Shown in pieces: positions 29,358 through 39,331 of a DNA stretch of 64,000 bases (position 1 is the stretch's first letter; every line of letters starts with the position of its first letter). The stretch is from a phage. The position numbers and the translations under genes are program-made. Under the pieces are notes generated by a model, which saw nothing but the letters and a program-made list of their open reading frames with translations, did not search any database and had not been told where the DNA came from. The stretch is from the NCBI GenBank assembly GCA_012747475.1, contig GCA_012747475.1_3928.1; one strand, given 5' to 3'.

Positions 29358-31913
29358 ATGGCAGATTACAAATTGAGTCAATTAAACTCAATCGACACAA
29401 TTCGTTCAGAAGACCTATTGCACATCAGAGTTAAGAAAAGACCTGAAATGTTGGGTGATGAAGACCGCAGAATGACCTATCAAGACTTCTTAGCTTCCTT
29501 CAAACTAGAAAGGTTTGTTCAGATTGCTGGAAGTAATATGACTGGGGATTTAGGTATTGTCAAGTTACTTTATGGTGGTAAGGCAGTATTTGACCCTACA
29601 GGTTCTTCTGAAATTACTATTGGGGATGTTTTAAAGACTTTTAAACTTAATGCAAATGGTCTTAAACTAACTATTGCAGATGCTTCAAGGTCAGCAACTG
29701 TTTATCATACTCTGAATAAGCCAAGTCCTAATGAGCTTGGTATGAGAACTAATGAAGAGAATGACGCAAGATATGCAAGACTTGCTATCACAAACACATT
29801 CTCTGGAACTCAAAATATTCAAGGTGATGCTAACTTACTTCGCCTTAGAAACCAAAATGCAAATAATGCACAATACATCGAAGGTGTAAACCTAGATGGT
29901 TCGGCTAGATGGTGGGTTGGTATTGGTAGTAATGGCTCTGATGAAGTAAAGCTGTACAATAACAAATACAACTCAGCCTTGACTGTTGCAAGTAATGTCT
30001 CTGTTAATAAGTCTTTAGCAATCACTGGTCAAGTTCAACCTTCAGATTTCTCTAACTTAGATGCTAGATACTTCACTCAGACAGTTGCTAATCAGAGATT
30101 TGCACAGTTAGCTGCTAATAATAATTTCACGGGCACTAACACGTTTAGTAGAAATCTAACCATCATTAGCGACAGTGCTGCTTTAAGGTTGAAAAATGCA
30201 ACAGCTAGCTCACTATTCATTCAGGGTGTTGACTCTCAGAACACTAACAGGTGGTATGTAGGGAACGGGGATAACACAGCCTCTGTGCTGCTACACAACT
30301 ATGTACACGGTTCAAATATCAGGCTTGATAATGGCTATATCTCAGTCAACCAGAACTTCAGAATCACTGGTCAAGTTCAACCTTCGGATTGGACTAATAT
30401 TGACTCTAGATATATTCCGGCAGCAACATTAAGTACGATTGCAAGAACTAATGCACAAAATACTTTTAATGGTGTACAGAAAGTTGTTACGGATAATGAA
30501 GCCCTAATTGTGAAAAACTCTACTCAGAACAGACCATTGTATATCCGTGGTGTGGACACTGCTAATGTGTCAAGGTGGTGGGTAGGTGTTGGTGGGGCAG
30601 ATAATAATGATGTAACCCTAAATAACAGTTATTCTGGAACCCAATTGGTTCTCGGGAATACAACATCATACATTAACAAAACATTGACTATTGCTGGACA
30701 AGTTCAACCTTCAGATTTCTCTAACTTAGATGCTAGATACTTTACGCAAAGTGCTAGTGATAGTAGATACCTAAGAATCAGAAGCACTAGCTTCAATGTG
30801 GGAAACACTGATAAGTGGGCTAAAATTGCCACTGTTGTGATGCCACAATCAGCATCCACTGCTGTTATTGAGGTATTTGGTGGGTCAGGTTTTAATATTA
30901 ATACACCAAACCAAGCAGGTAAATGTGAAATTGTTCTGCGAACTTCAAATAACAATCCAAAGGGCTTAAATGTTGTTGCTTGGAGAACATCAGAGAACAC
31001 CATTATCAGGGATATTGGTTATGTGAATACTTCTGGAGACACCTATGATATTTACTATCTTGCTGGTACGTATCAAAACAGCACAACGACAAGGGTTCAG
31101 TCTTCTAGTAATGCAAGTGTACAGTTGTTTGAAGTCCCACAGACATTTGATAATGCTCCACAAGGTATTGTGAAGGGTACAATTGCAAAATACTACACAA
31201 GTTTGCAAAAACCAACCCCTTCAGATATTGGTGCATACACTAAAGCAGAAACTGACCAGAAGATTGCAGAAGCAATTAGTGACTCTACAGACCTGAATAA
31301 AATCTATCCAGTAGGTATTGTGACGTGGTTTAACAGTAATGTCAACCCAAACACAGCACTTCCTGGGTTAACTTGGACGTACCTGAATAATGGTGTTGGT
31401 AGAACTATTAGAATTGCAGCAGCAAACGGTTCAGATGTTGCTACAACTGGTGGTTCAGACTCTGTAACGTTGTCTGTTGGTAACTTACCTTCACACACGC
31501 ACAGCTTCTCTGCTACTACTTCATCATTTGACTATGGTACTAAGACTTCTAGCACAACTGGTAACCACAACCACAACAGAGGTACTATGGAGATTACTGG
31601 TTCATTTGGTTACTTCAGAAGTGACGCTAGTAGCTTCTACACAGCAAGTGGTGCATTCTACCTCGGTAGTCAGGCAGGTTCTAAAGGGTATACTGGTAAC
31701 AACTTTACTAATGGTATCCCTGTCAACTTCAACGCATCAAGAAACTGGTCTGGTGTAACGAATACAACAGGTAACCACAGCCACACTGTTGGTATTGGTG
31801 CTCACAGCCACACAGTTAGTGGTAACACAGGTGGTACTGGTTCTGGTTCTGGTTCAGCATTTAGTGTTACTAACCAGTTCTATAAGTTAATGGCTTGGGT
31901 AAGAACTGCTTAA
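29358..31913 (+). CDS. long tail fiber protein with internal repeats and His-rich tip
   Basis: 851 aa; thrice-repeated ITGQVQPSDFSNLDARYFTQ unit; C-terminal SHTHSFS, GNHNHN, GNHSHTV, GAHSHTV motifs; ends WVRTA like the upstream fiber. Confidence 0.75.
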   Translation: MADYKLSQLNSIDTIRSEDLLHIRVKKRPEMLGDEDRRMTYQDFLASFKLERFVQIAGSNMTGDLGIVKLLYGGKAVFDPTGSSEITIGDVLKTFKLNANGLKLTIADASRSATVYHTLNKPSPNELGMRTNEENDARYARLAITNTFSGTQNIQGDANLLRLRNQNANNAQYIEGVNLDGSARWWVGIGSNGSDEVKLYNNKYNSALTVASNVSVNKSLAITGQVQPSDFSNLDARYFTQTVANQRFAQLAANNNFTGTNTFSRNLTIISDSAALRLKNATASSLFIQGVDSQNTNRWYVGNGDNTASVLLHNYVHGSNIRLDNGYISVNQNFRITGQVQPSDWTNIDSRYIPAATLSTIARTNAQNTFNGVQKVVTDNEALIVKNSTQNRPLYIRGVDTANVSRWWVGVGGADNNDVTLNNSYSGTQLVLGNTTSYINKTLTIAGQVQPSDFSNLDARYFTQSASDSRYLRIRSTSFNVGNTDKWAKIATVVMPQSASTAVIEVFGGSGFNINTPNQAGKCEIVLRTSNNNPKGLNVVAWRTSENTIIRDIGYVNTSGDTYDIYYLAGTYQNSTTTRVQSSSNASVQLFEVPQTFDNAPQGIVKGTIAKYYTSLQKPTPSDIGAYTKAETDQKIAEAISDSTDLNKIYPVGIVTWFNSNVNPNTALPGLTWTYLNNGVGRTIRIAAANGSDVATTGGSDSVTLSVGNLPSHTHSFSATTSSFDYGTKTSSTTGNHNHNRGTMEITGSFGYFRSDASSFYTASGAFYLGSQAGSKGYTGNNFTNGIPVNFNASRNWSGVTNTTGNHSHTVGIGAHSHTVSGNTGGTGSGSGSAFSVTNQFYKLMAWVRTA
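30021..30076 (+). repeat. intragenic direct repeat unit 1 in tail fiber gene
   Basis: 43-nt stretch CAAGTTCAACCTTCAGATTTCTCTAACTTAGATGCTAGATACT identical to 30699..30741. Confidence 0.6.
30364..30386 (+). repeat. intragenic direct repeat unit 2 (partial) in tail fiber gene
   Basis: ATCACTGGTCAAGTTCAACCTTC identical to 30021..30043. Confidence 0.5.
30690..30745 (+). repeat. intragenic direct repeat unit 3 in tail fiber gene
   Basis: Near-identical to unit 1. Confidence 0.6.
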
Positions 31914-31992
31914 TCCCTTGTTGACTGATTGTTAAGATGGTGTTAATATTCTTTATGGGTATTCTCACCATCTTGGCTGATGAGGTGATTAA

Positions 31993-32187
31993 ATGCCTAC
32001 AATCCTAGCAATTCTTCTAAAAAATCTAGGTAGCTTCTTCTGGAAACTCATTTTATCCCTTCTGAGTGAATACATGATTGAGAAAGTGTTCTTTAAGCTT
32101 GCAAGATACCTTGCGAGTAAAACAGACACACCTATTGATGATGAGTTCGTAGATAACTTAGAAAAAGCTTTTAAGGGGGAGAAATAA
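31993..32187 (+). CDS. small membrane protein (possible holin)
   Basis: 64 aa, hydrophobic N-terminal segment, after tail fiber genes. Confidence 0.4.
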   Translation: MPTILAILLKNLGSFFWKLILSLLSEYMIEKVFFKLARYLASKTDTPIDDEFVDNLEKAFKGEK

Positions 32188-32559
32188 ATGAAGTGGCTAG
32201 AGGAAGCTTTTAAAAATAATATTGGTGCAATTGTAGTTGGTATTTTTAGTGTTATCGGGATGTATACCACTATGCAAGTTTCAAGTGGTAAGCAAGAAGT
32301 GTCTGTCACAACAAAGTTACAGCAGCTAGATAATTATTCCAAAAGTAACTATTCAGCTATTCGTGATTTACAGTCTGACATGAGACTGATTCAGCTAGGG
32401 ATGGAGAACCAGAAAGTCCAGTTAGAGAATGTTAAGGGTGAGAATGCGAAACTTACCAAAACTCTTGATAAATTCTCTGACAGTGTGAACAATCTGGCCC
32501 AATCAGTATCAGCCTTGCAAGCTATTACTGAAAAGAACACAAAGAATACTGAAAAATAA
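32188..32559 (+). CDS. membrane-anchored coiled-coil protein (possible spanin-like)
   Basis: N-terminal TM helix IGAIVVGIFSVIGMY followed by coiled coil. Confidence 0.4.
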   Translation: MKWLEEAFKNNIGAIVVGIFSVIGMYTTMQVSSGKQEVSVTTKLQQLDNYSKSNYSAIRDLQSDMRLIQLGMENQKVQLENVKGENAKLTKTLDKFSDSVNNLAQSVSALQAITEKNTKNTEK

Positions 32560-32565
32560 AATTTT

Positions 32566-32600
32566 AAGGCTCCCGTAAAAAGGAGCCTTTTTTGTTTTTA
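32566..32600. terminator. bidirectional terminator between convergent gene blocks
   Basis: 8-bp stem AAGGCTCC/GGAGCCTT followed by TTTTTGTTTTT. Confidence 0.55.
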
Positions 32601-33497
32601 CTTACCTACTGACAGAGGTGCTTCAATCTTCCCTGCATGTTGGTAGTTGTTAATACCACCAATAAAATCACTTGCAGTAAGATGTTTCAGGTCACTTAAA
32701 GTATTAAGTGGTAGACCAATCTCAAAAGTTGGTGCATGGAACTCTTCATTGTTCATCAGTTCATAAACCTGCTTCATATGGTTCTGATAAATCTGAGTAT
32801 CCCCAAAGACACCTATCAAGTACCGTGGAGTGTATCCAGTCATCTTACAAAGAACTTCTAAGATGAAGCCGTAAGACGCAATGTTAAATGGAAGTCCTAA
32901 AAAGGTGTCTACAGAACGCTGATACCATTGCAAATCCACTTCACCTTCATTAGTGATATAAATCTGAAACAGAACATGACAAGGTGCTAAAGCCATTGAG
33001 TTTGCTGCAATATCTGCTGCATTCCAAGCATTAACAAGCATGTAACGGTCTGTGATATCACCCTTCATCTTCGTTACTAAGGTCTCTAGTTGGTCTACAA
33101 CACAACCATTATGACCTTCAAAGTTTCTCCACTGAACCCCATAGATTCTCCCACCTGCATCATCTAACCAATCTTGTTCAGAAGAATAATTAGAGCTTAA
33201 CCAGCGTTTAAAATCATCTGACCAGATAGTCCAGCGTTCCCCATCATTTTCACCCCAAGTACGGTAACGGAGTTCACCCAGCTTATTCTCACCATTCAGG
33301 AACCATAAAGCTTCCCCAATAACTTGCCGTGTAAACACCTGTTTAGATGTTAAGAGTGGGAAACCAGTCCTCATATCAAAGCGAAACTTAGGTGGAGCAA
33401 ATGCAGAGATAACATCTCCAGTTCGTGTAGTACGCAATTCACCAACTGATAAAACATGGTTCAGGATATCTTTGTAACTTGTATCTGCTTGTGACAT
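32598..33497 (-). CDS. thyA: thymidylate synthase
   Basis: GFPLLTSKQV..., LWFLNGE, active-site LAPCHVLFQ motif. Confidence 0.85.
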   Translation of the reverse strand: MSQADTSYKDILNHVLSVGELRTTRTGDVISAFAPPKFRFDMRTGFPLLTSKQVFTRQVIGEALWFLNGENKLGELRYRTWGENDGERWTIWSDDFKRWLSSNYSSEQDWLDDAGGRIYGVQWRNFEGHNGCVVDQLETLVTKMKGDITDRYMLVNAWNAADIAANSMALAPCHVLFQIYITNEGEVDLQWYQRSVDTFLGLPFNIASYGFILEVLCKMTGYTPRYLIGVFGDTQIYQNHMKQVYELMNNEEFHAPTFEIGLPLNTLSDLKHLTASDFIGGINNYQHAGKIEAPLSVGK

Positions 33498-33498
33498 A

Positions 33499-34044
33499 TC
33501 AAAAGTGTCCTTTTACTTGTGGAACATAAATTTCAAAGGTTGCTTTACCATCCTCTGATGGTTTTGACTGTACCTTTGTAAATACACTGTTATCATACAG
33601 CTTCTCAAAGAAGTTTTCAAAAGGTAAATACACAGTGGCCTCTTCAGTAACTTTATGGAAAACTGTATGGAAAACTACACCAGCATATGGTAAAGCATTG
33701 ACAAGGACACCTGCACCACCAATTACAAAGACATCTTCATCAATAGAGCTATCGAGATACTTCAAAAATGCTCCAAAGGATTCTTTGCTGGCCTTAGCAT
33801 ACATTACCTCATCTTTGCCAAAGTCTATGCCTAAGTATGGTACAGAATTTGTTAAGATGAGGTTTGCACGTTCTGGTAAAGGTTTACTACCCAGAGTCTT
33901 GAAAGTCTCATTACCCATCACTACTAAGTTGTTTTTAGTGAGTCTCTTAAACTCTTGCATATCCTGTTTATGTCGAGGCCACGGCATACCAGTTGGAGTA
34001 CCAAACTCCCCATTTTCACCACTTGCAAAGATTAATTTAATCAT
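33499..34044 (-). CDS. folA: dihydrofolate reductase
   Basis: MIKLIFA...GMPW...VVMG..TFK..G.PLP.R.N.ILT pattern; adjacent to thymidylate synthase. Confidence 0.75.
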   Translation of the reverse strand: MIKLIFASGENGEFGTPTGMPWPRHKQDMQEFKRLTKNNLVVMGNETFKTLGSKPLPERANLILTNSVPYLGIDFGKDEVMYAKASKESFGAFLKYLDSSIDEDVFVIGGAGVLVNALPYAGVVFHTVFHKVTEEATVYLPFENFFEKLYDNSVFTKVQSKPSEDGKATFEIYVPQVKGHF

Positions 34045-34301
34045 TTTGTAAATCCTTTCTTAATGAACCAGTTGATAACATTCTTCACAGCTTTATTGCT
34101 ATGGTAGATTAAGTGTGGTGTAGGTTGGTATGAACCATAAGCCCAGAAAGCAATGATTTCATTACACCCTGTACACCTTGTACTCTCTTCAGCGATATGA
34201 CCGTTGACTATTTCACTTACCTCACCTTGCAAGTCTGTACATCCACAATGTGGACATCGGATAGGTGTTCCATCAGACTCATAGCAGTGTTCAATTTTCA
34301 T
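34041..34301 (-). CDS. zinc-ribbon protein (CxxC...CxxC)
   Basis: CPHCGC ... CTGCN motifs; coupled starts and stops. Confidence 0.55.
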   Translation of the reverse strand: MKIEHCYESDGTPIRCPHCGCTDLQGEVSEIVNGHIAEESTRCTGCNEIIAFWAYGSYQPTPHLIYHSNKAVKNVINWFIKKGFTK

Positions 34302-34817
34302 TTATTTAACCTCAAAAACTGGTTCAAGAACCAATATAAAGTCTACACAGTCATCTTCTTCATCCAGAATACCATCAAAGTTCTTAGGAACGAAGTCGAA
34401 GAGGCTCATCACAAAACAGTCAGAAGTAACCTTTATAGTTCCTCCCATGTTCTCTACAGTTAACACTGTACGACTTTCTTTTACCTCCCTCAGAAGATTA
34501 CCCACAAAGTCATCTAAGAAGTACTTCATCAATGACTTAAAGCCTTTAGGATAATCTGTACCAGAGTATGTTTCAATCTGAGGCACAAGCTTAACATTTA
34601 TACTAGTCTTTGTTAAGAATGCACTAGAGAACATACTATCAGGTAGCTTACAAACAGTCTTTCCAGTACCTTCATGTTCAATCTCAACAAAACCAGCTTC
34701 ATCGCCACATGTAACTATTTTAAAAGATGCTTCATTCTCATACTGTGAAGCCATAAACTTTTTAAGCATCTCTTTAAGGAAATCTGCATGAGCATCTTGT
34801 AAGTAGACATCAATCAT
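34302..34817 (-). CDS. hypothetical protein
   Basis: ORF track. Confidence 0.55.
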   Translation of the reverse strand: MIDVYLQDAHADFLKEMLKKFMASQYENEASFKIVTCGDEAGFVEIEHEGTGKTVCKLPDSMFSSAFLTKTSINVKLVPQIETYSGTDYPKGFKSLMKYFLDDFVGNLLREVKESRTVLTVENMGGTIKVTSDCFVMSLFDFVPKNFDGILDEEDDCVDFILVLEPVFEVK

Positions 34818-34830
34818 AGTTAATCACCTA

Positions 34831-35190
34831 TTATGGGAACAGACACTTAATGTCATCGTTTTTGAAAACAAAACTCGTGTAGTTATGACCATCAACATCC
34901 AGCCAAACAGCCTGAACATCCACACCATCAAGATTCTGGTAAAGCTCTTTGATGAAGTGGTCTTTCACAATCTGACTGCTAGTTGTTTCCAGCTTAATGT
35001 TCGAGATTGCTGAACCTACAGCCATATAGCCCATGACACGTTTCTTCTCAGTATGCTTAATCTTACCATCTTTGTAAGCCATAATGAGATTGGAGAGAAT
35101 CTTCACACCATAATACTTTTCAAGGTGAGTGGGTACGCCATAAAAGCCTAATGCAAAGTTTTCAGAGTGGATAATGTTTTCACGTTTCAT
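34831..35190 (-). CDS. hypothetical protein
   Basis: ORF track. Confidence 0.55.
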   Translation of the reverse strand: MKRENIIHSENFALGFYGVPTHLEKYYGVKILSNLIMAYKDGKIKHTEKKRVMGYMAVGSAISNIKLETTSSQIVKDHFIKELYQNLDGVDVQAVWLDVDGHNYTSFVFKNDDIKCLFP

Positions 35191-35191
35191 A

Positions 35192-35521
35192 TTAATCTGC
35201 CAACCTTAAATTGAAATTAACACCAAATTTTTCACATACTTCCAACATATACTCAAGGGAAACATTCCCAGTGAGGTGGATTATGTTGGATACACGAGCC
35301 TGAGAGATACCACAAATTTTAGCAACTTGCTCTTGAGAAAGACCTCTGGATTTAATCTCTCTCTTAAAACGATGTGCAACGAAGTCTCTCATTTCGTCTA
35401 CATCCATTGGACAAACATAACTCTCCATTTCAGCCTCTCTATCAGCCTCCCAATCATCTTGTGGAGCATAAGGGTCAAAAACTTCATTCATCTTTCTTCT
35501 TCCGTTTGCGTGAAGTGTCAA
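35192..35521 (-). CDS. HTH (XRE-like) transcriptional regulator
   Basis: C-terminal helix-turn-helix LSQEQVAKICGISQARVSNI. Confidence 0.6.
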   Translation of the reverse strand: MTLHANGRRKMNEVFDPYAPQDDWEADREAEMESYVCPMDVDEMRDFVAHRFKREIKSRGLSQEQVAKICGISQARVSNIIHLTGNVSLEYMLEVCEKFGVNFNLRLAD

Positions 35522-35696
35522 TCAATGAATCTATGTTTGTAGCCCTAACCTTTTCACGTTCATCGTTAAGATAATCGTCAAGAGCTTTTTCAATCTGTGA
35601 ATCATCTTGACAGATAACTGTAAAGACTGTAAAGCCATCTGTATCATCAATTATCTTACCATAACCGCTTCTGGGATGTAACTTTTTAAGGGCCAT
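35484..35696 (-). CDS. hypothetical small protein
   Basis: ORF track; overlaps neighbour by 38 nt so true start may be internal. Confidence 0.4.
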   Translation of the reverse strand: MALKKLHPRSGYGKIIDDTDGFTVFTVICQDDSQIEKALDDYLNDEREKVRATNIDSLIDTSRKRKKKDE

Positions 35697-35697
35697 A

Positions 35698-36081
35698 TCA
35701 AATACCTGTGCAGCTTCTGTTTTCTAAGAAATACTCAACACCATACATAGCTTTTTGCATCAAATCCTCTTTAAACTGGATGCGATGATTAAGCATAGTC
35801 TGTACATCAATATCATCATGGTGCTTCTCTTTAATATTTGCAGATTGCAGGAAATACTCTGCGAGAACACGATACTGATAGTCAGTTACCTTATCAGTCA
35901 TCTCTGTCAAAGACTCTTCAGAGATTGGTTTAAGTAGCTCGCCATTAGCTAGAGCAACACCTTTTACAATCTGGCAAGTGTCTTCTGGAACACCTGATAA
36001 ATCCACATTTGGAAGTTCTGTTGCATTGACTGGTAAATTCATTACCATAACCATTGCAGCAGCTAATAAAATCTTTTTCAT
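35698..36081 (-). CDS. secreted protein with signal peptide
   Basis: N-terminal MKKILLAAAMVMVMNLPVNA signal-peptide-like segment. Confidence 0.55.
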   Translation of the reverse strand: MKKILLAAAMVMVMNLPVNATELPNVDLSGVPEDTCQIVKGVALANGELLKPISEESLTEMTDKVTDYQYRVLAEYFLQSANIKEKHHDDIDVQTMLNHRIQFKEDLMQKAMYGVEYFLENRSCTGI

Positions 36082-36512
36082 AATGACCTCAAAGTTATAT
36101 TAAATTTTGTATTACATTGATTGTAAAAATAAGCTATAACACCTGACTTGTCAACAGATTTTATAGCTTATTTGGCAGATTTTTTATAAGGCTACTGCCA
36201 TCCTTCCATACCAGACCACACCATGCAAAACCAGACTTCACATCGCCTTGCTGTGCAATACATTACTTAAAAACCCTCTTAGAAGACTCTTAAGTGATGC
36301 TGGTGAGTACACGTTGGTTTATGCTGCTCAGTATACTCACCAAATTTTCTATGTCAACAACTTTATATAAAAGCCCTGATAGCTATATGTGTTACAAAAC
36401 AAAAGATTGTGAACAAAACACCCATTGCAAAGGATGTGTTCAAAAGTTTACTTGTGATGTAAGACAATATAAAGACAACTAATGCAAACAGAATGATTGT
36501 GCTTAACATATT

Positions 36513-37613
36513 TTACTCATAATCCCTAATAACTAGCCCGACAGGGAACTGTAAAGACCCCTTACGAGTCATCTTCTGGAACTGAACCGTTAAAGGTTTA
36601 CCGATAAATTCTTCAGGATGTTCAGCAAGATACTGTTTCTTCTCATGAGTAGTCTTCCATGAGACATCTACAAAGACGTTAGGAAGAGTCTCTACAACGA
36701 ACTTACCATGACCACGCTTATCAGTCTTGACACTAGTCACTTTAAACTCTTCAGTGTGCATCTTCTTATGTTTAATCAAGAAGTATGAACGGTGACAACA
36801 CTCATAGAAGGAGTCTTCAGAGATTGAACGGTACATTGCACCTTCAAACTTAGCTTCAACCCACTTATCATGAGCTTCATCAAACTCTTCCCAAGAGTTA
36901 ACACGGATAGTCTGTACAGGAACAACTCTACAGGTATCACCAAGCTCAATAATGGGTGAGTTATCAATAACTTCACGACGCTCAGGCCAAGTTTTTGAAT
37001 TGTCACAGATATCATACCAGTAGAATTTAAGAAGGTGACGGTCTGGATTGTCAGCATTCTTAATCATAGATACAATATCTTCTAAGTCCCATCCATGAGC
37101 ATAAATCTCACCATCAAAGTCTTCTACTTGTGGATGCAATTTAAGCAACAAAAGCAAATCTGGGATTAGTTCTTCTGGGACGTTGTAAATAGTATTCTCA
37201 CGAGAATAAGCCGTGAAACTAACTGAATCATCACCTCTTGAAATTCTACAACGGACACCATCAAGTTTTGGTTGAGCATCAGCAGGGAACTTCAGATACT
37301 TTGCATGGCTAACCTTTGCAGCATCATGAGCAAGCTGTACACCTACCTTCTCAGTATTCTGTGCAGACTCTTTTGTGTAAGCGTAACCTTTACGGTCTAC
37401 TTGTTTCTTATACTTAGCAGAAACTTCAAAGAGAGCTTGCTGTTCAGCGTTACGCTCATTCTTTTTACCGATGTTTTTAGGTTCTGCTGTATACTCTTCA
37501 AACATCATCTTGCCATTTTCTTTACCGTAGGTTGTAATAACTTTGTCACCTACAGCAACGCATGACCAGACGTTGAAGGAGCCATCTTTATTTTGTTTGT
37601 ACAGAATTGTCAT
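36513..37613 (-). CDS. ATP-dependent DNA ligase
   Basis: Motif I PKLDGVRC (KxDG), DGEIY, EGAMYR, HKKMHTEEFK; start set at ATG 37613 with AGAGGA SD rather than track start 37649. Confidence 0.8.
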   Translation of the reverse strand: MTILYKQNKDGSFNVWSCVAVGDKVITTYGKENGKMMFEEYTAEPKNIGKKNERNAEQQALFEVSAKYKKQVDRKGYAYTKESAQNTEKVGVQLAHDAAKVSHAKYLKFPADAQPKLDGVRCRISRGDDSVSFTAYSRENTIYNVPEELIPDLLLLLKLHPQVEDFDGEIYAHGWDLEDIVSMIKNADNPDRHLLKFYWYDICDNSKTWPERREVIDNSPIIELGDTCRVVPVQTIRVNSWEEFDEAHDKWVEAKFEGAMYRSISEDSFYECCHRSYFLIKHKKMHTEEFKVTSVKTDKRGHGKFVVETLPNVFVDVSWKTTHEKKQYLAEHPEEFIGKPLTVQFQKMTRKGSLQFPVGLVIRDYE

Positions 37614-37614
37614 T

Positions 37615-37806
37615 TTATTCCTCTGAGTGATACCAAGTGTTGCAAGCATTACATGCGTAAAGCTCTAAGTCATTTTTATCTGGTTTATGGAAACAGTTTG
37701 CTCCACAGTAGCAACGAAACGGCTTTCCACCAACTGTCAGGATGAAGGATTGAACCTTTCCATCAGGGGTCCGTACAGCATTTTTATGCTTATCTTCTTT
37801 GTTCAT
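37615..37806 (-). CDS. small zinc-ribbon protein, paralog A (63 aa)
   Basis: KNAVRTPDG...FRCYCGANCFHKPD...YACNAC; clear paralog of 38131..38334. Confidence 0.6.
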   Translation of the reverse strand: MNKEDKHKNAVRTPDGKVQSFILTVGGKPFRCYCGANCFHKPDKNDLELYACNACNTWYHSEE

Positions 37807-37885
37807 TTATCTCTTACCTCACAAGCTATGCAGCCTTTTGAGTAGAAGGAGTGCCAAGCATGTCCACCAAAGTCTTCTTTGGTAA

Positions 37886-38134
37886 TTAAATTGAATTTAT
37901 AGCTTCCATGTGTTTTTCGTAGAAATCTAAACATTTTTCATCTTGCTCCTTTATGTAACTATCATAAAATTCAGGTGATTCTGGTCTTTCACCAAAGGAA
38001 ATAACCTTTAGGTAGTACTTCTCATATGTGGAGCTGTCTAACCAAGAATCAAATAGTAATTTCTTAGTATTAGTCTTTGGAGGGATTACCAAGCTTTTCT
38101 CATACAATTCCTTCATCTCTTGAGTTATCTTCAT
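37886..38134 (-). CDS. hypothetical protein (82 aa)
   Basis: ORF track; ATGA overlap with upstream gene. Confidence 0.55.
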   Translation of the reverse strand: MKITQEMKELYEKSLVIPPKTNTKKLLFDSWLDSSTYEKYYLKVISFGERPESPEFYDSYIKEQDEKCLDFYEKHMEAINSI

Positions 38135-38334
38135 TGCATACCCTTAATCTTACCTAAGAACCTTACACCACAATTATTACACTCGTATATGTCTAAATTT
38201 GTGTTATCAGGTTTATGAAAACAGTTTGACCCACAACGACACCGGAATAGCTTACCATCAACACGAAGAATGAATGTTTCAAGCTCACCATCTTCTGTAA
38301 GAACTGCGTTCTTAAATTTATTACCTTTACCCAT
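38131..38334 (-). CDS. small zinc-ribbon protein, paralog B (67 aa)
   Basis: KNAVLTEDG...FRCRCGSNCFHKPD...YECNNC. Confidence 0.6.
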   Translation of the reverse strand: MGKGNKFKNAVLTEDGELETFILRVDGKLFRCRCGSNCFHKPDNTNLDIYECNNCGVRFLGKIKGMQ

Positions 38335-38494
38335 TTGTACTCTCGCCTGTGTCAGATTTCATATAAGACCTATCACTACGTCTTTTAATGAAATGTACAA
38401 CGCATTTCGGTGTATCTTTTGCATCTTTGATGTGCAACCTTTCGAAACTACGCACTGTGAAGGTTGCATCTGTCATTGTTTGTTTAGATTTCAT
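38327..38494 (-). CDS. hypothetical small protein (55 aa, not in ORF track)
   Basis: Hand-translated minus-strand ORF MKSKQTMTDATF...; ATG overlaps upstream stop (ATGA) and its stop overlaps the next start. Confidence 0.4.
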   Translation of the reverse strand: MKSKQTMTDATFTVRSFERLHIKDAKDTPKCVVHFIKRRSDRSYMKSDTGESTNG

Positions 38495-38697
38495 TTTCTC
38501 TTACCACTAATCTCTACGTCAATAACTTGAACATCACCAGCAACATCAAACTTATGAATGATACTTTCCACAGTGTAAGTCCAACCCTCGATGCGAACTA
38601 ACTCACCTTCTCGTGGGACTATTGGATTGCGTTGAGCTACAGTTGTAGTGGAGTGAACAACATCATAACGATAGATATAGTTTACTAATACTTCCAT
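38491..38697 (-). CDS. hypothetical protein
   Basis: ORF 38491..38796 trimmed to internal ATG at 38697 (GAGG SD) to avoid overlap with lipoprotein gene. Confidence 0.4.
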   Translation of the reverse strand: MEVLVNYIYRYDVVHSTTTVAQRNPIVPREGELVRIEGWTYTVESIIHKFDVAGDVQVIDVEISGKRK

Positions 38698-38707
38698 CGT
38701 AAAAACC

Positions 38708-38965
38708 TCACTCAATAACCGTGGTATGTGATTGACCATTTTTGCCATAGCTATAAGATGTTGTTGTTTGAGAGTTTGGGCATCTGACAACAACAATATC
38801 TCTGCTTATAGCATCACCATTGAGTTTGTAGATTTTGCAGTCTTGCATCTCTGGAGGGAGGCTGTAAGAAGCATCTTTGTTTTCATAAGATGGGTTGCAG
38901 CCAGCCAGAAAAATTACTCCAAGTGCAACCATTGCTTTCACACAACTCTTAACCTTATTGTTCAC
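38708..38965 (-). CDS. lipoprotein (signal peptide + lipobox)
   Basis: MNNKVKSCVKAMVALGVIFLAGC: signal peptide with lipobox cysteine. Confidence 0.6.
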   Translation of the reverse strand: MNNKVKSCVKAMVALGVIFLAGCNPSYENKDASYSLPPEMQDCKIYKLNGDAISRDIVVVRCPNSQTTTSYSYGKNGQSHTTVIE

Positions 38966-39097
38966 GATAGTCTACCTCTCTGTATGTTTTTAAATAGTGA
39001 GTGATGAGTTCTGGTAATTCACTACGTTTAACGTTTGAACGAAGAAGTGTCCAGTCAAAACCTTTACCAACCCTTCCCCAGAGACTGTACATCTTCT

Positions 39098-39331
39098 TCA
39101 TAGCAACTCCAGAATATCAATACGTTCACCTTTGAGTACTCCAGTACGGTCTCTTGCAATCTTACCGTCAACAATAAGGATGTGTGCAGACCTTAAAGAT
39201 TCACTATTAAAACCTTTTACGAACTTACTAGGCATCACTACAATAAGCATCTCCTGAATTAACTCTGGAGTATAGCAATTGTCGTGAAGTTGCTGAATAA
39301 CGTCTGCAAGTGTCATTTTTGATGTCTCCAA
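39098..39331 (-). CDS. hypothetical protein
   Basis: ORF track. Confidence 0.5.
   Translation of the reverse strand: METSKMTLADVIQQLHDNCYTPELIQEMLIVVMPSKFVKGFNSESLRSAHILIVDGKIARDRTGVLKGERIDILELL

Noticed and set aside
36294-36482. Plus-strand 62-aa Cys-rich ORF inside the 430-nt gap of the minus-strand block
   Set aside because: Opposite strand to all neighbours, no convincing SD or promoter; more likely the gap holds minus-strand regulatory signals. Low-probability small protein not excluded.
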